Below the pieces are notes generated by a model, which did not search any database, was not told where the DNA came from, and saw only the letters and a list, made by a program, of their open reading frames with translations. A stretch of 64,000 nucleotides of DNA from Nitrosopumilus sp. (GTDB lineage Archaea; Thermoproteota; Nitrososphaeria; Nitrososphaerales; Nitrosopumilaceae): NCBI GenBank assembly GCA_965205215.1, contig OZ242041.1, forward strand, positions 1,728,001-1,792,000, given 5' to 3'. Positions 49,852-59,500 of the stretch are shown piece after piece. Within the stretch, counting starts at the first letter, position 1, and each line of letters starts with the position of its first letter. A program made the translations under genes and the position numbers.

Positions 49852-50160
49852 AGACGTATATGGCTATATGGTTATTGATAAGTATTTGGAAGGAACGGCG
49901 GCATCCTAGGCACAATACGCCCCATACGCCGACACGCCAGCCACCGGACTCTTCTGCGTACGGGGCTTTCCCCTCCCTTCCCTCCCCTTCCCTCCCCTCC
50001 CCTCCCCCCTTCCGCAGCCATCTCGGGGCGTCATTGCAAAAACGGACGACCTGTACGGCACGTCCGATCCAGATTGTGCCTGCGGGGAGACGGGCAGGTG
50101 TGCTGTGCCCGCATCATCTTGAAAGAATTTAATAGAGATCTGAGTCAGGTTCCAAATGTT

Positions 50161-50237
50161 GCAGTTGTAGTATAGTTTGGTTAGTATACGAGCTTGCCAA
50201 GTTCGCGACCCGGGTTCGAATCCCGGTAACTGCACCA
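50161..50237 (+). tRNA. tRNA-Gly(GCC), CCA encoded
   Basis: GCAGTTG/TAACTGC acceptor stem, CGAGC-TTGCCAA-GTTCG anticodon arm, GTTCGAA T-loop; TTTAATA upstream. Confidence 0.95.
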
Positions 50238-50280
50238 CTCATTCTGACATTCCCGGCCTACTCACGCATCCCGGTGCTGC

Positions 50281-50742
50281 CTATCCTCTTCTGCCCCTCC
50301 CAAGTCCTTGTCGTATCAGATTCAGCGCGTGTGCGGCCCTCTCAGGGCGCGGCAGTTGTATGAGGACGATCGTACCGTCGGTGGCGGACGCGTCCGCATG
50401 CTCCGACATGCCGACGGCGAGCATGCAGGTTTCTGCCAGCGCCTCGAAGAACGAGATATGCCGCCGAGCGTTGATGATAAAGCGCTCGCGGCCCACTCCC
50501 GCACCGCGGGGAACGTCCAGCATAACCTCTACAAAGACGCGTCCGGCCATGTCGTCGAAGATGTTGAGATTGACATACACTGAGACAGGGCGGCCACGGA
50601 TGGCGTGCGCGATTCTGTCATACCGCCCGGAGTCGTCAAGTGTTATGCACGGGACGGAACGTCCCTCATAGTCAGTCAGTCCGGCCCCGTCGTCATGCAT
50701 GAATGGGAGCCAGTCGTCAGGTATGTCCTCGCGGCCATCCAC
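50281..50742 (-). CDS. Hypothetical protein
   Basis: Alpha/beta-like composition; best ORF in the gap. Confidence 0.7.
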   Translation of the reverse strand: MDGREDIPDDWLPFMHDDGAGLTDYEGRSVPCITLDDSGRYDRIAHAIRGRPVSVYVNLNIFDDMAGRVFVEVMLDVPRGAGVGRERFIINARRHISFFEALAETCMLAVGMSEHADASATDGTIVLIQLPRPERAAHALNLIRQGLGRGRRG

Positions 50743-50823
50743 GTCGCGGCCAGGTCCGGATCGGTCATTGCGGCACCTGCGGCGTCAAGGCGGCACGCGT
50801 CCTCGCCGGCCTCGCCATGGACG

Positions 50824-52392
50824 TCACCTTGGATCCTGCGCAGTGCCGGCCTCATCAGGCCCGTGGCCCGGGTTGCCGTCACTGCCACTGCCGTCGTCGC
50901 CTTTCTCACCGTCGTCGGTGGCCTCGCTGTCCAGTGCAGGAGGCGCCCCGGCAGAGGACTTGGCGTCGACAAGCTCCGCATCGTCGTCGTCGAAGTCCAG
51001 GTCGCGGTCGTCCTCGTCTCCGCCCGTCATCGATATCACCTTGTCCCCCACCTTTACGATAAAGGGGGCCAGAAACGACGTGATTATGGATATCAGTCCG
51101 ATAAGGGGAAATACGAACGCACTGACCGCCCCGATGTCCACGCCCACCTTTACTATAACGATGGAAAACTCCCCCCTCGGTGACGCAAGGACGAACGCGG
51201 AGCGGAGGGCCTTTTTGCGCTTCATGCGGAACAGCATGTTGCCAGCCATATTCGCCCCGAACTTCATCCCCATCGAGGCAAGTATCAGGGCCACTGCCAG
51301 AAATATGTAGTCGTTGAGCTGCGACACGTCCATCAGCGCCCCGACGGATATGAAGAATATCGCGACAAACATGTCCTTTATGGGGTTGGACAGCACGCGC
51401 GCAACCTCGGCAGACTTGGACTCGGCCACCAGCACGCCGGCAAGAAACGCCCCTATCGCGACGGAGAGCCCCATGAGGTTTGCAAATAGTGCATAACCAA
51501 AGCAGATTCCAAGCAGGCTCAGCAGCAGTATCTCCCTGTGCTCCATGGCCGCAACGCGGTCGATCAGGTGCGGGATTATCCTCGTCCCTATGAGCAGCGT
51601 CCCGGCAATCATGCCGGTGGCCACCATCACCACCACCACGATGGACTCGATGGATACGGAGCCCACGAGCGCCACGGACTGCAGCGACGATATCAGAATG
51701 ACTGCAATCACGTCCTCCACTATCAGTATGCCCAGGACCAGCACGGACGACTCCTCCTTGATGCGCCCCATCTCCTCGAATATCTTGACGATGATGGCGG
51801 TGCTCGATATGGAGAGCGCGGCCGCCAGAAAGAGGGCGTCCATGAATACCATCCCGAGCGCCGTCGCCACGTAGAATACGACTCCCATCGTGGATAGCAG
51901 TCCCAGCGAGCCTATCCCGACTGCAGAGCGCCCCATGCTCTTGATCTTTGCGTAGGGAAACTCTATGCCTATTACAAACAGCAGCAGAATCACGCCAATC
52001 TCGGCAAAGAGGTTCAGCGCGGTAATGTCTGCGACCAGTCCGACTATCTCGATGGTGCCCTCACCGTGCCCGTCCGGGCCCTGGGCGGCGAGATCCGGCA
52101 GCAGCCAGGACCAGAACGGGGAGAGGGGCCCTATCAGCATGCCGGCGAACAGGTATCCGATGATGAGTGGCTGCCGGATCTTGAAGAATGCAAGGGTGAC
52201 TACGGCGCCGATGATCATTATAATGGCAAGGTCGGTCACAAAGTTGACGTGTGTAAGGTCCGGCGTGAGCTGGTCGACTGTGGCGCTCAGAAAGCCCGAG
52301 ACTCGGTCTTCGCCACCCTCGCCGGCGCCGTTGAAGAGTGGGAAGCCCAGCATGTACAGAGACGTGCCATGCATTCTTAAAAATGATCCCAA
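50824..52392 (-). CDS. CPA2 cation:proton antiporter (start possibly 52374)
   Basis: IGYLFAG, LLFVIGIE, SSTAI, ILIVED and PRGEFS motifs; acidic tail. Confidence 0.93.
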   Translation of the reverse strand: MGSFLRMHGTSLYMLGFPLFNGAGEGGEDRVSGFLSATVDQLTPDLTHVNFVTDLAIIMIIGAVVTLAFFKIRQPLIIGYLFAGMLIGPLSPFWSWLLPDLAAQGPDGHGEGTIEIVGLVADITALNLFAEIGVILLLFVIGIEFPYAKIKSMGRSAVGIGSLGLLSTMGVVFYVATALGMVFMDALFLAAALSISSTAIIVKIFEEMGRIKEESSVLVLGILIVEDVIAVILISSLQSVALVGSVSIESIVVVVMVATGMIAGTLLIGTRIIPHLIDRVAAMEHREILLLSLLGICFGYALFANLMGLSVAIGAFLAGVLVAESKSAEVARVLSNPIKDMFVAIFFISVGALMDVSQLNDYIFLAVALILASMGMKFGANMAGNMLFRMKRKKALRSAFVLASPRGEFSIVIVKVGVDIGAVSAFVFPLIGLISIITSFLAPFIVKVGDKVISMTGGDEDDRDLDFDDDDAELVDAKSSAGAPPALDSEATDDGEKGDDGSGSDGNPGHGPDEAGTAQDPR

Positions 52393-52472
52393 ACTGAAAC
52401 AGGGATTTTTTCAGTCCTGAACTAACCGCGGGGGCCAAGCTCTTTATGCGCGGCAGGAGCACCCGCCGCAGA

Positions 52473-52536
52473 GCGGGATGATGATCAGGTCGGCTGAACG
52501 TACGTGTGGAGACAGACCTGGGGTATCTGACTGCCG
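52473..52536 (+). ncRNA. C/D-box-like small RNA candidate
   Basis: Box C ATGATGA 52478-84, D' CTGA 52494-97, C' GTGGAGA 52506-12, D CTGA 52527-30, in an intergenic gap. Confidence 0.65.
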
Positions 52537-52584
52537 TAGCCTCCCAGAAGCCGTCGCAGTTGCGACGTCACAGGGGGAGCCTCA

Positions 52585-52818
52585 TCACCGCATCATGCCG
52601 TGCAGCATGGCCTTTTTCATCCACGACAGTATCAGTATCCACAGCACTACAAGCCCCAGCGTTATGCCCGCCTTGGCTGCAGAGGATGCAAGCGGCCCCT
52701 GATCACCGCAGCAGTCCAGCTCGAGCGGGGCGACCAGCAGGACCAGTATCCCGCCGCCGACAATCATGAGCGCCCACATCACCAGAATGAACACGACGAG
52801 CGGCCCGAGGTTGGCCAT
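52585..52818 (-). CDS. Small two-TM membrane protein
   Basis: MANLGPL start; two hydrophobic helices. Confidence 0.7.
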   Translation of the reverse strand: MANLGPLVVFILVMWALMIVGGGILVLLVAPLELDCCGDQGPLASSAAKAGITLGLVVLWILILSWMKKAMLHGMMR

Positions 52819-52969
52819 CAGCAGCAACACCGGCCGTATGTCACGTGACAGGCAGGAATGGACGCGTCCGCGCAGGTATGGTCCGGGTACGCGCGGCAGC
52901 AGGGGCCGTCGCGGCAGAGTCCACGGCCACACATGCCGTAACGGGCGCGTCCGTACGCGTCGTTTTCGG

Positions 52970-54004
52970 TCAAGCCTGCGGCCACCATCCCGAGCCGATG
53001 CTCCATGTCATCATCAATGCAGTCAGTACTGCAAGCCCGCTTGATATGACGGCGAGCTTGAATACGGCCGAGACCACCTGAGCCTCAGTGTGCGGGACGG
53101 GACCCGCAATCAGCCCTACCAGGCTTATCGACGCATCCTTGATGCCGGAGCACTTTATGCGAAAATCGTCGGTGATTACGGTCGACTTTTTTGCCACCTG
53201 CCTGTGCTCCACTATTCGCTTTACGCTTGCAAGGAACAGAAACGAGTTGATTATTGCCGGAAGCATGGCGACGGCGGCCACGATCTCCACCCCGCCGCAT
53301 ATCGCAATAGCCCCGTATGCGCCGCCAAGCATCAATGCCCCCGAATCCCCGGGGAATATGCGGCACGGGATCCTGTGGTACCTGTAGTATGCGGCAGATA
53401 CCGCGACAAGCGACAGCGAGATTACGGCCATCTCATAGTTCTGCAGGATGACGAGCGCTGCTGTCAGGGCGGCTCCCGTGATCGCCATGAACCCGCTCAG
53501 CAGCCCGTTCATGACGTCAATGGAGTTGGCAGTGTTGCCGGTAATACAGATCATCAGGGGCGCCAGCGCCAGGTAGAGGATTGGGATGCGGGTGTCGCCA
53601 AAGAGCGGAAACGAGAGGTTCGAGTCGTATGCCCCAAGCAGCAGGATCGGGGCGGCGGCCGCGGCGAGCGCGACTGGCTTGAACCACCCGCCCATCACCT
53701 TTTTGTCATCAACGTATCCCACCACAAAGCAGGAGAGCGCAGTAAGCATCACGGCAAGTATCTCAACGGATTGGAACACCGCGTATGCAACGGCCCCGGC
53801 TACCATGAACCCGGCGGTCAGGACGGGGCCGGCCGGCCTCGGCACCATGCTGCCGTCCGGTTTTAACACGTCCACCACCGTGCTGCCGGTCCGCCTCAGG
53901 CGGGCGATCAGCGGCGGGATTGCAAAGTGCACCGTCGCAGACGCGGCCAGTGGCGATATGACTGCGGCGGCGGCCAGCGCCAGCAGCGGCAGCGTCGAGG
54001 GCAT
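52970..54004 (-). CDS. aglH: MraY/GT4 family UDP-GlcNAc:dolichyl-phosphate GlcNAc-1-P transferase (start uncertain)
   Basis: GYVDD, N..D.MNGL and IFPGDSG motifs; multiple TMs. Confidence 0.8.
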   Translation of the reverse strand: MPSTLPLLALAAAAVISPLAASATVHFAIPPLIARLRRTGSTVVDVLKPDGSMVPRPAGPVLTAGFMVAGAVAYAVFQSVEILAVMLTALSCFVVGYVDDKKVMGGWFKPVALAAAAAPILLLGAYDSNLSFPLFGDTRIPILYLALAPLMICITGNTANSIDVMNGLLSGFMAITGAALTAALVILQNYEMAVISLSLVAVSAAYYRYHRIPCRIFPGDSGALMLGGAYGAIAICGGVEIVAAVAMLPAIINSFLFLASVKRIVEHRQVAKKSTVITDDFRIKCSGIKDASISLVGLIAGPVPHTEAQVVSAVFKLAVISSGLAVLTALMMTWSIGSGWWPQA

Positions 54005-54115
54005 CTGAGATACGTGCTCCAACACACCCGAGCTCCGCGGTTCCAATTTACGCTTTTTGTCTGTGACGATGAGGCGCTTCATTATCCTTTTTAACGGAGT
54101 TGGCGAGACAGCATC

Positions 54116-56092
54116 ATGGTAACATCGTCAAGAAAAACGACGAAATCATCACCGTCATCAAGGAAGAAATCCGCGGCAAGGAAAGGCGCTGGGGCCAAAA
54201 AGGCGCAGGCGCCCGCGGCCAAGCGCGCCGGATCCGCAAAAAAGGCGAGCGCAAAGGCCACGACGTCTGCAAGCAGGCGCTCCACCTCTTCGGCACCGCC
54301 ATCGACAACAAAAAAGCCCGCAAAGCCCAGAACCGCAAGACGCCAGCAGGAGAAACCCAGGGGTGCAAAGGGAATTGCGGCCAAAAAGGTGCAGGCGCCC
54401 GCGGCCAAGCGCGCCGGATCCGCAAAAAAGGCGAGCGCAAAGGCCACGACGTCTGCAAGCAGGCGCTCCACCTCTTCGACACCGCCATCGACAACAAAAA
54501 AGCCCGCAAAGCCCAAAACCGCAAGACGCCAGCAGGAGAAACCCAAGGGTGCAAATGGCGCCGCAAAGGCCCACACCAGTACGACCCGATCCAGGACGGC
54601 TTCGGCAGCCGCCACTACCAACGCCGCCGCTCCCAAGACCCCCGCATCGTCCACCCTGCTGCTCTCAAGGGTCAGATCCATTACCGAGTCCATAGCAGGA
54701 ATGCGGGACGAGATGCAGGCACTCTCAAAGGCGGTTGCCAGCGGCAAGGACAGTATGCCGGCGATAAGCGGCATGTCAGAGTCGCTTGCGGCCGTGCTCG
54801 TGCAGATTCAAAAGCAGTCGAGGCAGATAGCAAGCCTCAAGAAGGAGACGCAGGGGCTATTTGAGGGCCTAGAGGAGATAAGCGACAGGTCAGAGTCCAA
54901 GAGGGGCAGCCTGGAGTCGAGCCTGCACGACGTGCAGCAAAAGATAGAGAAGATTGCAGAGGTCCAAGGCCAGGCAGACTCGGAGGCGGTCGCGGAAAAG
55001 ATCAACGACAGCGTGAGATCCATAATAGAGGACTCCGAGTCTATCGCAGGCCTGTCACGTGCATTGGATGCGACAAGAAACGAGATAAGGGTGGTGGGCG
55101 CAAGGGCAGCCTCGGCCACGGGCACCGGCATCGAGATAGACGCGCTGAGAACCGAGATTTCAGGCATTGCAGACGCGGTCAATGCCGGCTCTGCCTCGGG
55201 TACCCACCTAAAGCAGGAGCTCGACAGGCTTGCCGACAGGGTGGAGACCGTTGCAAAGTCCAGTTCCGGGGTGCAGGAAGGCATCAGGGAGACGCTGGGG
55301 CAGGTCGCGGCAGAAACGGCCAAGATCAAAGACGTGGACGCGGTTCTTGACGGGTTCAAAAGTCAGCTTGACGCCATCACGTCAAAGACGGAATCGGCCG
55401 CTAGGATCGAGATTCCAGAATCCGTTACAGATAGGCTTGAGAGCATAGGTTCTGAGATTGCGATCCTTGCAAAAAGCGCCGACGAGGTGGCCCTCACAAA
55501 GGACAGCCTCGACAGGGTCCGGGAGGAGATCATCTCCGTAAAATCAGACATTGCGGGGATAATAGGGATAATGGACCAAAAGATGTCCAGCGCGTCGGGG
55601 ATCCTGCAGAGGCAGCAGGAGAATGCGGCCGATCTACACGGAAAGATAGACGAGATGTACTCTAGGATTCAGGAGATCAAGGGCAGCTCAGACGAGTCGG
55701 CCCGCGAGGCGTCAAAGGAAACGGCGAGGCTGCTGAGGCTCTCCGAGTACCAGTCCGCAATGAGGATGAGCTCAGAGTCAAAGTACGGGGACCTGGACAC
55801 GATACGGGAGATGTCGGCCAAGACGGCGGACATCAACGGGGTGTTTGGCGGCGGCGGCGATGACGACAACGGCAGTCCCGGAGGGCTTCCTCCCAATGTG
55901 AGAAGGTGGGCGGCCGGCAAGATACTGGACTGCGCCGACAGGTGGGAGATCAGGTTTGCCGACGTCTACTCCATCATGAATGAAATGATGGGGGCCGACA
56001 TGACAAGGGAGTCCATTAACATGTCCCAGGTCCGCGACATATACGGAATCAGGGCAGTCAACGAGATAAACGAAGGATCAGGCAGCGCGTGA
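54116..56092 (+). CDS. Coiled-coil protein with a duplicated Lys/Ala-rich basic N-terminus
   Basis: About 180 aa K/A/S/T/P-rich region, about 360 aa heptad-like region, globular C-terminus; TTTTTAAC TATA upstream. Confidence 0.85.
   Translation: MVTSSRKTTKSSPSSRKKSAARKGAGAKKAQAPAAKRAGSAKKASAKATTSASRRSTSSAPPSTTKKPAKPRTARRQQEKPRGAKGIAAKKVQAPAAKRAGSAKKASAKATTSASRRSTSSTPPSTTKKPAKPKTARRQQEKPKGANGAAKAHTSTTRSRTASAAATTNAAAPKTPASSTLLLSRVRSITESIAGMRDEMQALSKAVASGKDSMPAISGMSESLAAVLVQIQKQSRQIASLKKETQGLFEGLEEISDRSESKRGSLESSLHDVQQKIEKIAEVQGQADSEAVAEKINDSVRSIIEDSESIAGLSRALDATRNEIRVVGARAASATGTGIEIDALRTEISGIADAVNAGSASGTHLKQELDRLADRVETVAKSSSGVQEGIRETLGQVAAETAKIKDVDAVLDGFKSQLDAITSKTESAARIEIPESVTDRLESIGSEIAILAKSADEVALTKDSLDRVREEIISVKSDIAGIIGIMDQKMSSASGILQRQQENAADLHGKIDEMYSRIQEIKGSSDESAREASKETARLLRLSEYQSAMRMSSESKYGDLDTIREMSAKTADINGVFGGGGDDDNGSPGGLPPNVRRWAAGKILDCADRWEIRFADVYSIMNEMMGADMTRESINMSQVRDIYGIRAVNEINEGSGSA
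54193..54556. repeat. 186-bp (62-codon) near-perfect tandem duplication
   Basis: GGCCAAAAAGG starts at 54193 and 54379; copies differ by a few substitutions. Confidence 0.93.
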
Positions 56093-56158
56093 CGCGCCGG
56101 CCGATGTCGGGTTGCAGGTGATCAGGATCCAGTGTCGCCGCTGTCGTCGGGGCCGGTG

Positions 56159-56404
56159 CTATTCCGCAGCGTCGTCATCATCAGGTATCGAGATCATCAC
56201 GATGTTGTCGCCCCGGAGCAATACCGTGTCAAGCTCGTCCCGCTCCTTGCCGTCGGCAGACACCTCGCTGATAGAGTCAAGCTTCATAGTCATGTGTATG
56301 TCAAAGTCGCGCAATATCCCGTTTACAACCTTGCCGCTCCGCAGCTTTATCATCAGCGGTTTTCCCTTTCTGCCCTCAAGCAGCGCGGATATCTCGTCGG
56401 CCAA
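56159..56404 (-). CDS. LSm/SmAP protein (start reassigned to TTG 56404)
   Basis: Sm1 IKLRSGKVVNGILRDFDIHM and Sm2 LLRGDNIVMIS. Confidence 0.9.
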   Translation of the reverse strand: MADEISALLEGRKGKPLMIKLRSGKVVNGILRDFDIHMTMKLDSISEVSADGKERDELDTVLLRGDNIVMISIPDDDDAAE

Positions 56405-56594
56405 GATCATCGCCACCTTTGCTGCCGCAGTGCAGCGGTCTTCGTCCGCGGCACGGCCATTGATGTCACTGGTGCCGCTGTTACGGCCGTCGCTGATTTC
56501 ATTATCGTCATCATCACCATCATCGCCATTGTCATAATAATAATAATAATAATAGTCACCAACACATATCTTGCCGTAAACGGAACCCGCCAGG

Positions 56595-59500
56595 TCACCT
56601 CTTCTTGCTGACCTGCATGTACAGGTCGACGGTCCCGCTTCCAATCGGTATGTTACTCCCCACTATGACGTTCTCCGTGATTCCCTTCAGCTGCTCAATC
56701 TCGCCGCCGAGCGCCGCGTGCGCTATGGTCGGGACGGTGATCTCAAAGGCCGCCCTTGCAAGCACGCTGTCCTTTGTGCCGGCGATCCCGTGCCTCCCTA
56801 TCTGCTGCATGTATCCGCGCGAGCACATCAGGTCGGAGACGAGCATGATGTAACGGTTGTCGACCTCCAGTCCCTGGTCCTCCAGCGTGTTGTTCAGTTC
56901 GTTTATCAGGGCGTTGCGGGCGGCCTCTATCCCGAGCGTCCCGGCAATCTCAAAGACGTTGTTCGTGCGCACCTTGCGCCTGTCCACCCCTCCGACCTCC
57001 AGTATCTTGGCAATGTTGGAGCCGGTGGTCTGTATCACCCACTCGCCGTCCTTTTGGACAAGCGAGACGCGCTCTATGTCAGGCACGCCCTTGACGGTGG
57101 TATTGAGTACCTTGTTCCGGATTGCAATTACGGTCGCCGTGTCCGGCTCCTCGACCAGGTTGAGCACCAGCATGTTGCCGGTGCTCTCGGTCTTGAACTT
57201 CTTGTTGGATGCGAGTGCCGCCTCCACATCGACCATGCTGCACCCCCGGGACTTTAGCTTCTGCTCCCCCAGTACCAGCCTTATCTGGGTCGCATAGTCC
57301 GTGTCGTGCGTCTCCACAAGGGAGCTTACCTTTGTCTGGAGCACGTGTTTTGCGACCTCTATGGCCCCCTCCCGCGACGTGCGGTTCTCCTCATCAAGGT
57401 ATATGTCCATCGTGGGGGTGACGGGCTTTTTGCGCGCGTCAACCAGCTCGATGAGCCTGGGCAGTCCCAGCGTGACGTTGCGCTCCCGGATCCCGGCAAA
57501 GTGGAAGGTTCGGAGCGTCATCTGCGTGCCGGGCTCCCCTATAGACTGCGCCGTGACGATGCCGACGGCCTGCCCCGGCTCGACCTTTGCCTTGTTGTAC
57601 AGCAGGAGCCCCTTTTTGCAGACGGCCTCTGCACCCGCCTTGCTGAGCCCGGAGCTGTGCAGCGCGTCGGCCACGTGCGATGCGAGCCTCGGATTGAACG
57701 TCTTTGTATACTTGGCGACCAGCGCGTCAAGCTCGGCCTTTGTGGCCTTGGTTCCGGTGTCCACGATTGTCTGCGACTCGGTGAGCCTGCGCGCGTTGAA
57801 CGCCTCGCCGTGGTCGCTCTTTGCGACGTCGATGCCGTCCTCGCCGTACATGAACTGTATTATGTGCCCGTGCGGGTCCCTGACCGTCCCGTCATACTCG
57901 AGCCGGATGTGCTCCAGCGCGTTTATCAGGCGCCGCTGCATGTAGCCGCTCTGCTGCGTGCGGACGGCCGTGTCGACGAGCCCCTCCCGTCCGCCCATCG
58001 CGTGGAAGAAGAACTCAAGGGCGGACAGTCCGTCCCGGTAGTTGGACTTTACAAACCCGTGCGCGTCGGGGTTGTTGTCGTGCCTCCTAAAGTGGGGAAG
58101 GGCCCTGTCGCTGTACCCGTCGTTGAGCCTGTTGCCGCGCCTGGACTGCTGCCCGAGGGCTCCGGCCATCTGCCCCACGTTGAGCGACGAGCCGCGGGCA
58201 CCCGTGGTGGCCATTATCTTGCCGGCGTTGTCAGCGTGCATCGAGTCGTTCGCGGCCGAGCCTGCGCGGTCCCTAGCCTTGCCAAGCTCGTTTACGATGT
58301 ACGCCTCGAGCGCCTCCTCGGGGCGCATTCCGCGGGTGACCTTCAGGGTGCCGTCCTCGTGCTGCCCGATCAGATCCGACACCTGATCGTACGTGCCGCG
58401 TATGTCATCCAGAATGTGTCTGCGGTCGGCCTCCGGCACCTCTAGGTCCCCGAGACCGTAGCTGAACCCGTAGTGGGTGATGAACTGCTTTACCATGATA
58501 AGTATCGAGTTGAGGAACTTCTTGCCGACGTCGTTCCCATAGTCCTTGGCGATGCGGTGCAGCACGCTCTCCGGCTCCTCCGCCCCGATGGACGTCTTGT
58601 CGATGACCCCGCTTATCAGCTGCCCGTTCTTTATCACGACGTCGTTCTGCTTGCCCTTCGTGCCCTTGGACCACTTGGACGTCATCACGTAGTTAAAGTC
58701 GGCGGGCAGGAATAGCGAGAAGAGCTGCTTGCCCGTATACGCGGGCTGCTCTCCCTTTTTGCCGCCGCTTCCCCCTTCAACAGGCATCGAGGCCGCGGGC
58801 TTTGGAAGCTTGCCGTCATATCCGCCGAGCATGGCCAGGTTTGAGAACTCCGAGACAGACAGCAGTGTGTCGTCCTTGGTCATCAGATAGGCGCCCGTAA
58901 CAAAGTCCCTCAGCGCCCCTATGATTGGGCCGCCGTATCTGGGAGATATCAGCTGCTCCTGGACCCTCATCAGCAGGATTGCCTCGGCGCGGGCCTCCTC
59001 GCTCTGCGGCACGTGCAGGTTCATCTCGTCGCCGTCAAAGTCCGCGTTGTAGGGGGGGCACACTGAGGGGTGCAGCCGGAACGTCTTGCCTGGAAGCACC
59101 CGCACATAGTGGGCCATTATGGACATCTGGTGCAGCGACGGCTGCCGGTTGAACATCACAATGTCGCCGTCGGACAGGTGCCGTTCCACCCTGTACCCGC
59201 GCTCCAGGGACTCGGCTATTCCGCTGCGGTCGTCGACAAAGTCGAGGCGTATCTTTACGCCGTCGGGCCTGACGATATAGTTGACGCCGGGGAACTTTTC
59301 GGGCCCGTTGATTATGAGCTTGCGCATGTGCTCTATGTTCCACTCCGTCACTATCTCAGGTATGGTAAGCTTCATGGCGACGCTCTCCGGGACGCCCACC
59401 TCGGAGAGGTCCAGGTTGGGGTCGGGGGATATCACGGTGCGGCTCGAAAAGTCCACGCGCTTGCCGGACAGCGAGCCGCGGAACCTTCCCTCCTTTCCCT

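Noticed and set aside
49030-50280. Integrated element at tRNA-Gly or tRNA-Ser
   Set aside because: No duplicated tRNA end and no integrase seen in the window.
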